From contig OX597815.1 of the NCBI GenBank assembly GCA_951406725.2, positions 18,352,001 through 18,416,000 on the forward strand: 64,000 nucleotides of DNA. Direction: 5' to 3'. Positions 36,529 to 51,229 of this stretch are shown in pieces. Source of the stretch: Octopus vulgaris (taxonomy: Eukaryota). A program made the position numbers and the translations under genes. The notes below the pieces were generated by a model, which was given only the letters and a program-made list of their open reading frames with translations, had not been told where the DNA came from and did no database searches. The number at the start of each line of letters is the position of its first letter. The first letter of the stretch is position 1.

Positions 36529-37550
36529 ACATCCAGAGTTATTTTTCATAATACGGATTTCCACGTTGTCCTGTCCAACAAATTCCATTCACAAGCTTCG
36601 TTCAAAATATGAGGTGGTATTTGATGTCAATTGGCCCACGTGTCTGCGCTATAGGATCAAAACTGAAACAAAACTTTTGTAGAATGAGTTGCCGGTATAA
36701 ATCTCTTAGCTCTCGCACTGCAAGTGTGTCTTTCTTATTATGGGTATTCAACCAAGTTCGTTGAATATTGATTTCCGCAATTCCACGAATCAGATATTTC
36801 TCTACGTAACTATATCACTGACAAATGTACCCTATTTTTTTCTCACTTACTTTTACTTTCCATTATCCGCTAATATCTTTATTTTTACAGGTTTTTACTT
36901 AGTAAAACTATAAGGAACTTATAAAAGAAACCAAATCTTATAGTAAGAGAGATGAACGGTAATTTCAAGCTTATCCCTGTCATATCCGAAATGTTAAAAA
37001 TGATACAAAAAAGCAAAAAAGAAACCGAAAAACATAATTCCTAGAATACTATACTATACTCATCTCTGCTCTTTTGATCAAACGTTCAATATCCACAGTA
37101 GAATTACAATTTATTAACTGGTTGTTATCCTATTTCATACAGAAGTACTGTCTTAAAGTGGATAAATTGTAATGGCAGTAGATCTGTTATTGTCATATCT
37201 GAAACATCGTTAGCTCTAGTTACCATGGAAGGTCGAGTAAAGGGTAAACTGAATGCGTCATGTCGCTAAATATTTTGATGAATTGAACAGAGAAACTTTT
37301 TTCTTTACTGTAAAACATTATCTCATCATGATAAAGCAACGAGAGCGTCTACAGGCAGTCGCTCGATCTAGTTGAAACAAAACCTATATGTCCCACGAAT
37401 AGCAACAACTATCCACTGCAGAAAGGGAAAGTCACATTGAACAATGTGATCTCTGATATACAAACAAGACGGAATAGTCATGACTGCAATACTGATTGCA
37501 GATTTACTCAGTCAGACTTGGTCAAGGGCTAAACAACAACATCAACAACA

Positions 37551-37962
37551 GGAGGCGCAATGGCCCAGTGGTTAGGGCAGCGGACTCGCGGTCGGAGGAT
37601 CGCAGTTTCGATTCCCAGACGGGTGTCGTGTGTGTTTATTAAGCGAAAACACCTAAAGCTCCACGAGGCCCCGGCAAGGGGTGGTGGAGATCCCTGTTGT
37701 ACTCTTTCGCTCCAACTTCCTCTCACTGTTTCTTCCTGTTTCTTGTCCCCGACTTCCTACGCAACCGCTGAGCCTGGATGCGCATTCATCCATCCGTCGA
37801 TGCTCTCGGTGTCGGGGATTGACCTGCTTTCTCTTCTGCGGGTCTTACGAATTCGAATAGCAAATGACCATGTTTCACACTTCTCCCACTACAGAGGCGC
37901 GATCTTGCGAGCTCTGGGACGAAGACCGCTTCGCTCAACAAACAAACAACAACAACAACAAC
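37551..37962 (+). mobile_element. SINE family B2 (B-type head, distinct tail, (AAC)n end)
   Basis: First ~190 bp match B1; remainder unrelated. Confidence 0.85.
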
Positions 37963-38798
37963 AGCTATTTGTATGTGACCAAGAAGCCACCAAGCATGTA
38001 TAATGATAGATTTCAAAGAAAACATAAACTAACTCTCCTGTTATTAGTGGATTTATCTTTCCGTACACAAAGCTCTTTAATATTGATGAGACTGAGCGAC
38101 TTGCAAATTATTTTCATTAATCTTCTTTAAGTCCAAACCTCATATTTTATAGAAATAAAATTCAAAGATAAATGCTTCAAAGCCATAAAGTTAAATGATG
38201 CCCTTATACAAATATACGCATTATATTATTAATACGGAAAAAGGATACCCAATAACCATCGACAAAATAGCAACTGTTGCTACGTGTAAAACCTTGTCAA
38301 AGTTGGAGTTATGCATTCGATAGAAATCATTGCTGTCTATTAATTACTTGGAATTTCTCTCGAGAACAAAATAATGTGATGAATACTGCTGAAAACTGTA
38401 AATAATGGTTACTGCTTCTAATTAATGTTCATTCACTGCATCCAAGAGAAGCGCAATAACAATGAATTCCGTTTTACATTTCACGAAATCATTCAGCCGT
38501 AGAGGGACAGTCGTTGTTCAACTCTAACGTTAGCTCTGAGCCAGTTGATCTATTATCAAACGTGCGTCAGTTTTATCATTCTATCTTGTTTATCTAGAGC
38601 TACATTATCAAATACGTCTTCCCATTAACAAATACGCTGGTGTATGATTTCAGAGACATCAGGTTACCATTTGTTGCGGGGTTGAACGATCACCTAGAGG
38701 AACCTTTATTGGCTTGTAAAGGGTAAAGTTTTATCAAGCTGAGTCATCGACACTGTGTGTCATTAAGATTGCTAGTGCTTCTTAAAAATCGACGACGC

Positions 38799-38902
<104 letters not shown>

Positions 38903-39054
38903 ATAAACATGTTTGCGTGTGTGTGAGTATATATATACATATATATATATATACATATTAGAGGGAAACCACTATATGGACACCCTTATGCTAGAAATCG
39001 ATCCGCTATGGTCTTACCACTAAGAAATGTTCTCAAGAAACATGCATATATATA

Positions 39055-39385
39055 TGCATGGCTCAGTTGTTAGAGCGTCTGGATCACAGTCATGATGTAG
39101 TGAGTTCGATCCCGGTCCGAGCTGTGTGGTTTTTCATGAGGGAGACGTTTTATTTCTCGTCTTTCCAGTTCACTCAGCTGTAGAAATGAGTTGCGTCGCC
39201 GCCGGTGCCAAGTTGTATAGGCCTTTGCCTTTCCCTTGGATAACATCGGTGGAGTGGAGAGGGGAAGGCTAGTACGCATGGATCACAACTCGCCTTCCAT
39301 AAATAACCTTACCCAGACTTGTGATTCGGAGGGAAACTTTCTAGGCGCAATCTCATGATCATTCTTGACCGAAGGGGGTCTTTAC
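39055..39385 (+). mobile_element. tRNA-derived SINE family D
   Basis: TGGCTCAGTTGTTAGAGC A box, GAGTTCGATCCC B box, CCAGTTCACTCAGCTGTAGAAATGAGT central domain, tail ..GACCGAAGGGGGTCTTTAC. Confidence 0.75.
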
Positions 39386-39709
39386 ACTAATCTTACAAAT
39401 ATCTGTGCATATATAAACACAAAGCACATACACTTCTAAGTTTATATATAGTGGCTTCCAAAATTTTCTGCTAAAATGGAAGAACGAGGTCTTCAAACCA
39501 GAGAACTGGCCCAAATGCTTGAAGCGGAGGGAACTCCGTTAGGGATTTAAACAAAAGTGACTGATTAAGGTTACCTGTAGAGAACCGTTGGGGTCCATTT
39601 GAAGACCCTCCACGGTTCTGTCTATTAAATGTCACTCACACAATAGTCAACCCGAGGTTGTAAAAGAAGACACTTGGATGAATATCTACACAACAGTATT
39701 AATTCGTTA

Positions 39710-39951
39710 GAAAGGCGGTGAGCTGGCAGAAACGGTAGCACGCCGGGCGAAATGCGAAATGCGTAGCCGTATTTCGTCTGTCGTTACGTTCTGAGTTCAA
39801 ATTCCGCCGAGGTCGACTTTGCCTTTCATCCTTTCGGGGTCGATAAATTAAGTACCAGTTACGCACTGGGGTCGATATAATCGACTTGATCCGTTTGTCT
39901 GTCCTTGTTTGTCCTCTCTGTGTTTAGCCTCTTGTGGGTAGTAAAGAAATA
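39710..39951 (+). mobile_element. SINE family C (Meta/Nin-like central domain)
   Basis: AGGCGGTGAGCTGGCAGAA head, GAGTTCAAATTCC B box, GCCTTTCATCCTTTCGGGGTCGATAAATTAAGTACCAG domain; 15-bp TSD AGTATTAATTCGTTA. Confidence 0.9.
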
Positions 39952-40459
39952 AGTATTAATTCGTTATTCATTTTGAAAGTAGAAGCAGTGGTGTTTATCA
40001 GTGAAATACGTGTTGTGAACATTTCTAAAACCAGTGATCGTATAATTGGTGACTCCAACACGACGTTTTTGTTTGCAGTTGTTTCCTCATTATATTCTAA
40101 TCGATTGATTGATCTATTGCTCATCATTATATACTTTCTCCACTATTGATAAGAAGTAGATAACATTTATGTAATCTAATCCTAAATGTAATTTAATTAA
40201 ACTCCGAAGACTTAAAGTAAAACCATTAAAATGAATGGTTTGATTGAATTTACCTGAATAACTTTGCGAACTGAACAATTCTTGGCTTTGGCAAGTAGCT
40301 TAAGCTTTCATACTTACAATGCGCACACATATACGAAGATACGTGCAGACATACGTATACATATGCATGCATTAATACTTATATATACAAGTTTACTTAG
40401 ATATACATAGGAACAAACGTACGCCTCCAAATACGCATTTACTTCCTATCTGCATACAT

Positions 40460-40480
40460 AAACATATATATATATATATT

Positions 40481-40524
<44 letters not shown>

Positions 40525-40570
40525 CAGCATTTCGTGTGCAGGAGTGTATGTATGTATGTATGTATGTATG

Positions 40571-40629
<59 letters not shown>

Positions 40630-40632
40630 CTC

Positions 40633-40712
<80 letters not shown>
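40460..40712. repeat. Compound (TA)n/(GTAT)n/(TC)n microsatellite
   Basis: Direct reading. Confidence 0.95.
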
Positions 40713-40714
<2 letters not shown>

Positions 40715-41199
40715 ATACATGTGTAAATGTGATTTTCTGTGTGTATATGTGTGTGTGTATAAACACTAAAGGGTACGGGTAGAAAAGACATGAATTCAGA
40801 TAATGAAATTAAAGGTTGGTGTACCGAATGCGGAGCGCATTAAATTCTTCAGTTTTTTTGCAACTTCCCTCTAAGTAGGAAACTGAAAACAAAAGTCCAG
40901 CGGTAATCATTGCAAATTCTCAATTAAAAGAGGAGATAATTTCAAGAAATTTAGAAAACATCTCTGGAGTTGATTCACATATTAGGTAAGGGCAACTACG
41001 TACAAATGTTAGACCTCATCATATTAGGACAGCCTCAATAGAGAATTAAATATATATATGAATGAATTATCCTTTGTTTACCGTTAACGTGGAAAATTCA
41101 ATAAACAGTTACCAGGGTAGCAAAATTCACGGAAGTAACAAGGATGTAGCGACCTATTCAAAGGTAGAAGCTCCAGGTTAATGTGCAGTAATTTGTGTA

Positions 41200-41650
41200 G
41201 TATAAGTAAATAAATGGAGTGGAACGCAGATTTTTGGTTTACGTGCTGGCTTCCAACCATATTCCAGTTCACCATACAAAAGTTGCTTAAGAAGTCTTTC
41301 CTCAATCATTCTCATCAGATGTTCACCCTACCTCAAACGATTTTGCAGAATCATCGATTCTACGCTCCTCCTACTACTTCTCTCAAGTACCTCCACATCA
41401 CCATTCTCCAATTTATCCCAAGAATTTTCCCAACACAATATTGAAGATATCGTTCCAAATGCCTTAAATGCCTACGATAAACAACTCATGTCTCACTTCC
41501 ATAGTGCAACGGTGGCAGAACACATGTGCTATAAAACTTAGCTTTAGTCTGGATAGATAAAGTATGGCGTGAACAGAGACGCTTGTCAAGCCTACCAAAG
41601 GCAGTACTAGCTTTGCTGATTCTATACGAAATTTCAGTATCAAGACCATA
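41200..41650 (-). mobile_element. RTE (BovB-like) LINE fragment
   Basis: LDTEISYRISKASTAFGRLDKR..TKAKFYSTCVLPPLHYGSET is the conserved post-RT region of RTE ORFs. Confidence 0.85.
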
Positions 41651-41669
41651 TATATACATACATGTATGT

Positions 41670-41703
<34 letters not shown>

Positions 41704-44700
41704 TTTTCACAATAATCATTAGATCAGAACGTCATAAGAACATTACATATTACAAATATAAATATAACTTTTGAGAAATATATTTCAACCATGAGAAGAT
41801 CTCAAGCTGGAAATTGCTTTTTAACAAAATTAAAGAAACTGAACAAACATATGAACAGACAGATGCTGTAGTACTGCAGATTTCTCCGCAAGATAGCTGC
41901 CACATCGTTTGGCTAACATCAGGGTGTAACATCTTCATCTGACACATTATCAAAATACTGCCATTTGGTTCTAAACGAGTTTAATTATTACATCACACTT
42001 AACAATAATGTTTACGCTGTCTTGGATCTAAATAAGAACACAAGTGTCTTTCTTCCACGTAATATTGTAATTGAAGGATATTGCTAGTAGGTCTGTATAT
42101 TCTTCCACTTATTTGTGTATCAAAAGAAAATCCGGCTGCATATCTAGAAAACCTGTTTAATCAATCGAAATAATCAAAAGCTATTGTCCAGTATTTGGAC
42201 TTATTTCTGCCTTTATTATTAGTATAATGACTTGTGACTACATTAAGTAGCGCCTCTTTATCAGGAACGAGATCTACTCAGAGACATTTGTGTGAAGTCA
42301 TTGCTCAACAAGTATGGCTGTCATTCGGAACAAAACCACGGGTGTTACTTAATGCTGCTTAAAGCGTAAATAATTGACCTTAATCTTGTCGTTAGCTCCC
42401 CAGATGCGAATCAGAGAAGTGGAAGAACCCGCCATCTTTCGTAGGATTATAAATTTTCAATATAAATTTTACGATTTCAAATATATTATATTTATTTACA
42501 TGTAAATTCAGTAAACGTCCGTTAAATCAGCCAGATACGTTCATATGAAATCTGCCCCGGCTGTGTATTTTCACTACTCTCTCGTAGATAATTCGCGGTA
42601 AAATTGATACTTGCTGGCTTAAAACATGCTATGTAACATAAATACCGACTGTCTCTTCTAGCGTGTGATATAAAGAGCGATAAAGTCATGGGAAAGATAA
42701 CTAACCTTAACATTGTATATATTGAAAAATTCATTGGATACAACTAACTTAATACAAATTCATATCCATCGAATTCGATGAGCCATGCGTGGTTATTGAA
42801 AGAAATGGAACAAATATTTATAATACATTCTGTCAAAATTTGCATTCACGAACAATATATGAAATTTGTCATATCGTCTTTATACAGTAAAACTAGATCA
42901 ATTATGTTCTAAAGTCTTTGAAATCAACCTAAACTGTACTGAAATTTGATATTGCCACAACAACATTTTTTTCTTCTTATATTTCAATTCTATAATAATC
43001 AATTCAGCATTATCAAAAATGTAATTGAAAAGCAGATGCACTTTCTTTTCAAATAAACTGAGATGTATAAAATTGCTTTCTGATTTCCCAGTAAATTGAC
43101 TCAAACTATAACATAAAATTCGAACCTATTTATTGCTATATTAATTGTGTTATGGTATTTTTGTAATATTAGAAGAACTGCTCACTGATAACAAAGATAT
43201 ATTTACCAATTGTGCTTTTATTAATGCACGAAATCCTATTTATTCAGATTTCATTTTTTTCCCCCATTCCGATCATTGTATAAACACGAATGTTTACTTC
43301 AGTCATTTTTCTCCAATTTCTTGGAATGTGTGTTGTAGAACAGGTGAAATTGATGAAAATATTGACAGAAAGGAACTATGAATTGTTGTATTAGATTAAG
43401 TGATTAGATATTACCTCGTCTTTCTATAAAGCCACTCAAGTGTGTGTTTTCCCCCAAGAGATAACAGCGGGACTACATTAATATTTAAAGCATGGTACTA
43501 TAATCACTCTTACCCATTCTAATTAGATTTTTATGTTTTAGATTTCATTTACGTTGCAATTTATTTCCCCATCACGTGGGCGAGGCGCTGGTTGCCAGTT
43601 ATATGTAGTGCGTAAGTAACGATTCATATACTCTTGAAATTGTTTCGGGGGCGGTTGTTATCTGGCTTACAAAACATTTACATTTCTTATTTACATTCGA
43701 ATCTGTTTGCTTTGAATTAGCAGAATCCTAGTTGAAAATTTATTTGTGAAAAATCAATGAAGCCGATATTTCAACATTACATGTTTTATTTCGAAGATTT
43801 AGGATCTAGTTTTCATTTAAGTTCACTTTTTGGTAAATTGGGTCACATGACAAATCTCACTAAGTCTTCGTATAACAGCTGAATAAAAAAAAGGGGCTGT
43901 TTTATACTATGCAGCCAGAATGAAGAATTAAGGAGGTTTCTAAAGAAGAAGAATGAGCTGATATTAGGAATTTCAACCGTGCTTCGTGGTCTGCTACCAG
44001 AACAGCTCCTTTATAGGATCCAGTTAGCTCAATACATCATCAGGAGGAACCACGTCCGGTTTCGGCCCCTACTTTTCTACCGTCTTGACGTGGCGCCCCC
44101 CCTTTCGGAGGTGTCTTCAGCTCTGGTGTTGGGTGCATGTCTTCTTTCTTCTTCTTTCTTCTGTTCCTTATTATTGCCAAGAAATTTGTGGATCGAAAGA
44201 CCCAAGCTTCGACCCCATAACAGCTGTAGCAAAACATTATTAGTTATTTATAATTAAACTACAGATATAGTAAATTATATGTAAATTATCAACAATTGAT
44301 ATTTCTCTTATGTTTCTTGTAAGTGGAGAAAGTAGTTTACAATTACTAGGTGTGTTTTACTAACACGCAATCAGTACATTTTGAGACATTATGAAAATAG
44401 GAAAAAAAAAAAAGGTTTTATAATATCCTCTTATGGTGGTCTATTATGATTACTACAAAATAAAAGATTTAAAAAGTTCTAATAAAACACTAAACGGTAT
44501 GTTGACCGCACCTCTATTCTAATTAAGTCATCTACCACAATATTATAATTTCTTCTACTGAAGTTCCTGTTGCATTGGCATTAAAAAATAGAAACCGAAT
44601 TATAAGTATTTAGTAGTTTATTGTATTTCTATATCGCACTATAGCCAAATGTTGTAATATGATTTACGAGTCAAATGGCGTAATATGATTTACGGTTTAC

Positions 44701-44759
44701 CAAAAAGGAAAACTCAATATTCCATAAAAGAAATATTAACATATTTTAAAAATATCCAC

Positions 44760-45481
44760 TAAATTATGGCTGGGAGATAACAGTTTACTCAAAGTAGTCG
44801 CCTTCAGCTTCCACTATGGCTTCAGAAAGACCCCGAGTCCGGCGCATGCGTTCCTAGGAAGATATTCGAACATCTCTTTGATCTTGGTTACCAGCTCGGC
44901 CTTGGTGTTGCAGGCAGAGTGTTGGTGTCTTTCTCAACTGCATCCCACACATAGTAATCCAGGTGATTACAATCAAGGGAATTAGGAGCCCAGAAATAAG
45001 GGCTGGTGAAGTCGTAGAAAATTCTCTGACAACCACTTCTGACACTTTTCAGAGATGTGGCAACTCCTGCTGCTGCACACGGCCTTCTAGCAGCAACACT
45101 CTGGAACCAGAGATTGCCCACAGTCTCCAACAACTTCGTATAGTCATCTGAACTGAGACCCTGTTCAATGATGTAGGAACGAATCCAGGCGGTTGGACGC
45201 AGTCAGATTGCCTGCTGTGTCTCTTGCTGCCAGCTACGGTTTCGTAGTCTCCGTTGCAATTGCGATATAATGTCTTACAGCCTTAACACTGTTCCCATAG
45301 AACTGAGTAGCAATCAATGTCAGCTAACTTTTTCTGAACTCCAACTTTAAAGTTTATTCTGTCCATCAACATTGATGGCCCTTTAATACAAAAAATGGTG
45401 TTCCTGAAAAAACAAAAAAATAAAAAAAAACAAAAACAAAGGAGATATAAAAATCGTCAAATTTAGCCTGAACACCTGTAG
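44760..45481 (-). mobile_element. Tc1/mariner superfamily (maT/DD37D-like) decayed transposon
   Basis: FWAPNSLDCNHLDYYVWDAVEK resembles WPPNSPDLNPLDY; end TACAGGTGTTCAGGCTAAATT shared with 58370-59186. Confidence 0.75.
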
Positions 45482-45613
45482 TATGTCTAGTGGGTATATT
45501 GTGATGTATAAAGATGTACCTATTGAGTATCTAGCCCTCTCTCATTGGTTCACCCTCTTTTTCGTTCCCTCTTCCTTTGTGTATCTACGATACATATTCA
45601 AGAACACACACAC

Positions 45614-45649
<36 letters not shown>

Positions 45650-46027
45650 CCATACATCGTCGTCTACCATATTCACAGAAGATGTGGGTTCGAGTCCTAC
45701 AGTGTTCAATAAGGTATTTTATAGCTTTATCCACTTCAAATACCTTGGTAAAAATAGATTTATTTCACGTACACACACACACACACACACACAAACACAC
45801 ACATACACATACACATGTATGAGTGTGTGTGAGTGTATGTGTGTATGCATGCGTGACTGAAGGCGTGTGGCCTAGTTTTTAGGTGTTGCACGCACATTGC
45901 TAGATCGCTGGTTCACATGCACAGGACCTCCCTAAGAGACAGACTACCACTAGAATATATAAATATGTATGTGTGTGTGTGTGTGTGAGTGTATGTATAT
46001 ATTTGTGCGTGTGAGTGTCTATATGTA

Positions 46028-46058
<31 letters not shown>

Positions 46059-46671
46059 TGAGGACCGAGGATAAAAAAGATAAAGACAGAGAGAATGTCT
46101 GTTAGAAAGGTAACAAATATTTAAAATAAAACACCAAATTATCAAAAAAAAAAAAGTGTTTTTTACAAAAAAGTCCAAACTAACAAAGTACGCAATTTAA
46201 TATTATATGAGGGAGGCATAGTGGCCTGTGCGCGCGCGCGTGTGTTTGTGGTGGGGTGCGTGCGTGTGTGTGTGTGCGTGTGTGCGTGTGTGCGTGTGTG
46301 TATGTGTGTGAAACTCTGAGGTGTCTAGTACACGTGTCACTGAAAAGATCCTACTGCAATAAGTAAAGTATGAGACATGATAATGTAAAATTTTTATGTC
46401 TATTGCTGGGGGCCTCGACTTGACTTTCACATCAGTATATACATACATTTATATATGGATGTCTGTGTGTGTATATATATATATATATATATAGGCATGT
46501 ATGAATATGCACATAATAATGTAAAGTCAATAATGGAGAACATGGTTTATTTATTATTAATATTTTCAGTATTTCAATTTCTGTGTTATGAATCTCCGAA
46601 ATAATTCTTTGTTATTTAAAAACACACACATATTTAAAAATACACAAAAATATATACGCGTGCACACGCAA

Positions 46672-46707
<36 letters not shown>

Positions 46708-46770
46708 CCATGCACGCACTCACACACATTCACATACATATATACGTATTCATAAATATACATACCCACA

Positions 46771-46812
<42 letters not shown>

Positions 46813-47103
46813 AATACATACATGCACACATACATGCATACATATATGCATACATACATACATACATATATATACACACACACTCACACACACACATATA
46901 TTCATGAAGGTGTATGTAAAGAAAATATCGAACGAAAATCTCTACATTCCTTTGCTATTAACAAAGTTATAAAACGGGAGAACTGTAACATACATACATA
47001 CATATGGACATACATACTTGTATGTATATGTACACACGCACACACACACACACATACACATACAAATACACACACATCACACATACTCTATATGTGCATG
47101 TAT

Positions 47104-47164
<61 letters not shown>

Positions 47165-47700
47165 TTAAAGAATATACATATTTTACACATGTATATGCAC
47201 ATATCAATACACACACACACACATATATATATATGTATAAATACACACACAAAAATATGTATATTATATATAGTTTCCTCAAAATTGATTATGTTTGAGA
47301 GTGCAATTTTGAGACACCTGGCTGACTACTGGCAATGAATAAATGATTGGTGTCTCTCCGTCTATTTCGGCTCATCGGCAAATGTGAAGAACAAAATGTC
47401 TCCTGTATAACAGAACTAGACTAATACCATGTCACAGGAGAGTTGTTTCTGGAGATTTTTATTTATTTATCGCTAATCAATAGCCAACATACATTCGTCT
47501 TCATATATTATTACTTATATATTTACATGAATATTATCAAGCATACGCACAAAGATACACACAAAAAATACGTAGGGGGATAAAAAAAGCTCGCGCCCAC
47601 GTATACTTCCCTATTAATACCCACATATGTTTACGATGAAATTTTCTATGCATATTTGCTACACACACACACACATAAACACACATATTTTTCCATTATT

Positions 47701-48630
47701 CCTTCATTCTTTTATACGTTTCAGCTCTAAGGCTGTGATTGGCTTTTGATGAAGAAGGGAGTTCGACACTTCTGCCCTCTTTTGAGTCTCCTCCCTTGAA
47801 ATTGGTTCACCTGGGACTTTGGATAGTAAGAAGTCAAGTTTTTTTTTTTTTGAAAACATCTACTCTCACTCTATGAAAACCCCTCAGATAATCTGGCAAG
47901 GCGTTAAATAGCAGGGAACCCTTAAATCTCAAGCTACTGCAGAACATGGTTCTCATACTAGAAGGAACAGCTGGGATCTTTGGAACACGACAGTGGCATC
48001 CAATTCGAGGTTTGATATAGCTCTCAATTTCGAAGTTTGGCCCTAATCCTTCCAGTATCTTCCATACCGCACACCTCTCCCGTCTTCGCTTCAGAGAGTA
48101 GAGTTGTAACTCTTGCAGTCTCTCCCAATAGCTCAGCTGTTCCATTGATGCAATCTTCCTTGTGTAACTTTGCTGAAATACCTCAAGTTCCGTTATTAAT
48201 TCGAGACTGCATGGTGAGCACAGTTGAAAGCAGCAGTAGTCCAGACGGCTGAGGACGAATGTCCTTCACAGGCCGAGCATAGTTTTCAGGTAGATGTTCT
48301 GAAGGTTCTTAGAACCCATCCGGCCATTCGCCAGCACACTGCCACCTCTTGGTGACATACATGTAAGACGGGACATCGTTGCTCGTATCAATCCCGAGAT
48401 CACGCACCGTATGTGATTCTGTGATTGCCGATCCTTCTGATCCAAAGTATTGCTTTTGCGGGTTCTGAGCAGCAATTAGCTGGTAGCGGGGGGGGGGGTA
48501 GAATTTGCCTTCATTAAATTGCATGTTGTTTTCTTCAGCCCATTTATGTATGGCATCTAGGTCTTTCTGTAGAAGATTTGCACCAGACGGTTCCTTGACT
48601 GTTTGTACTACTTATGTGTCGTCGGCATAG
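47701..48630 (-). mobile_element. CR1-like LINE, RT C-terminal part + 3' end, decayed
   Basis: YADDT, MQFNEGKF, VRDLGI and YWERLQELQLYSLKRRRER motifs; tail CAGCCTTAGAGCTGAAAC-GTATAAAAGAAT. Confidence 0.85.
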
Positions 48631-50241
48631 ATATATATATATATAGCTTATAGTCTAGAGATATCAGAACAATACTACATACGTGATTCTGCCTCAATGG
48701 CCTCATCAGAACAGCAAATGTCTTACCTTAGCTCTAGCAACCAAGGAAACTATAAAGGTCCCAATCCAGAACTGTATTATGCTTACTGTTCTTACACTTA
48801 TAAATAAATCAGACTGATTTCAATATTAAAAACAAATACACACACGTACACACACATGCATACTCACACAAGATATTCACGCACAGGTACAGTAAGTGTT
48901 TGTTGGTGTGTATATACACTCAAGTTCATAATGTGCGTAGCTGTATAAGAATATGTTCTGATATGTATGACAAACTGTACATATAGAATACTTTCTGTGT
49001 ATATGTACGTATGAGTAGATATATACATACATACACACACATGTATACGTTTGTGTTTATGTGCTTGCATGTATGTGTGTATGTATGTATGTATACATAA
49101 CGCACACGTATATATGTATATCTATATCTATCTATCTATATAAATATATATATAGAGAGAGAAAGAGAGAGTAAGAGAGACAGAGAGAGATACTGATAAA
49201 TAAACAGATAGGTACGAAGAATATACATCTATTTATAATTATATATATTCTATAGTATACATTTATGTATTTATTTGTGTGTATTTGTATATACGAGAAT
49301 GAATGAAAGAGAGGGAGAGAGAGAGAGAGAGAGAGAGAGGACAAGAGAGAGAGATTGATAAGGAAAGAGCGTGTGAGAGAGAGAAAGATGAAACGTAAAG
49401 TAAAGATAAACGGATACGTGTTTGGAACAGAGCAGCAACGCAGGAAATAATCCTTTAACACAGTATATTTATGGAGGATTGAACTTAATCACATACTGGT
49501 GTAGATCAGAAGATGTATTAATGATATGTACTTTAAGATTGTTAAGACTCAGCAAAAAAAAAATTAATAAATAAATAAATATAAAAATAAAAAGGGAAAT
49601 ACTTTTTCATGCTCCTTGAAAAATGAGTACCGATAAAATCTTTAAGATTCTACGCATTCAAATTCTAAAATTACATAGATACACTAATACTCTCTCCACC
49701 ACATAAAAGGCATACTTACATACATAAATACATATGAGTGTTTGTTTGTATACGTACATACATACATACATATATATATATATATACATACATATATGTA
49801 TATATATATATATACATACATATATGTACATACATACATATACTTGTATGTGTATGGTATGATGTATTTATATAGGCAGAGGCAGATAATCCATCCAGCA
49901 TATACAAATTTGTGCAGGTTTATATTATTGGGAAATTCATGTTTACTAGTTGTTTATTTTGTTATATAACTATTTGTTATCCCAGATCGTGTGGATGCGT
50001 GATCGTACGTGTTTCAGCCTTCAACCTTCTCTTTGTTTTCATATCAGCAAAGCCGACAATATATGATATATCCTTTTCCTCTTTAAAGTCGAAGGGGTGT
50101 CTGTTGAGAAAGATATGACTGCTATTTCTTTCAAACCGAGTGATCATTAGATACACCCTCAATGGTTCTCATTATTTATAAGTAACAGTTATTGGGATTT
50201 TTCACCCTTAGAATTGAAAAAAATATCGTCTAAATTTAGAA

Positions 50242-50279
<38 letters not shown>

Positions 50280-50282
<3 letters not shown>

Positions 50283-50442
50283 CGCAGGAGTGGCTGTGTC
50301 GTAAGTAGCTTGCTAACCAACCACATGGTTCCGGGTTCAGTCCCACTGCGTGGCATCTTGGGCAAGTGTCTTCTGCTATAGCCCCGGGCCGACCAATGCC
50401 TTGTGAGTGGATTTGGTAGACAGAAACTGAAAGAAGCCTGTC

Positions 50443-50494
<52 letters not shown>

Positions 50495-50668
50495 TTGTCC
50501 CCCTAGCATTGCTTGACAAATGATGCTGGTGTGTTTACGTCCCCGTCACTTAGCGGTTCGGCAAAAGAGAATAAGTACTGGGCTTACAAAGAATAAGTTC
50601 CGGGGTCGAGTTGCTCGACTAAAGGCGGTGCTCCAGCATGGCCGCAGTCAACTGACTGAAACAAGTAA

Positions 50669-50670
<2 letters not shown>
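50280..50670 (+). mobile_element. SINE family A, full length
   Basis: Matches family A consensus; sits between (TA)n tracts. Confidence 0.9.
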
Positions 50671-50739
<69 letters not shown>

Positions 50740-51229
50740 ACAGGTATTTATGGAATTCAGTTTTCGAAACAGGATTAATAAACCTGCAAACTGAGAAAAT
50801 TTTATTTTTAGATTTAAATTTCGACGTCTAGATTATGTGTTACAATGTTTATCTTCGAAATATTTAAGGATTTACGTCTGAAAAGAAGTAGATCTTATCG
50901 GAAAAACGTAAACTTTATGTTTATATCACTTCTATGGCTTTTTTGAATTCACGTGTGCATTCGTCTGCAAACTTAGAAGCACGCCGTTGTGGTTCTTATG
51001 TAGTTTATCAGAAAAAAAACGTATTTACATATCAAAGTATCTTGCTACAGATTTGCACTGTTATCTTGTCTGCTAAGTATAACGTTTGCATTATTGCAAA
51101 CTTGGCGGTCATAAAAATAGCAGCACGTTTAAGTGATCATGACTGGGCGAGTTAGACAAGCCAAAGAGATACCCTCTGTGTGTTCGCTTAACTTGTTAGA
51201 AATAGCGACCAATTCTCCATTAAATCATA

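Noticed and set aside
44050-44125. Minus-strand CTGAAGA...GAAACC as hammerhead
   Set aside because: Stem II does not close onto GAAA and stem I does not pair
50000-50055. Minus-strand CTGATATGA...GCTGAAACACGTA
   Set aside because: Reminiscent of a PLE HHR but core spacing is broken and stems do not pair
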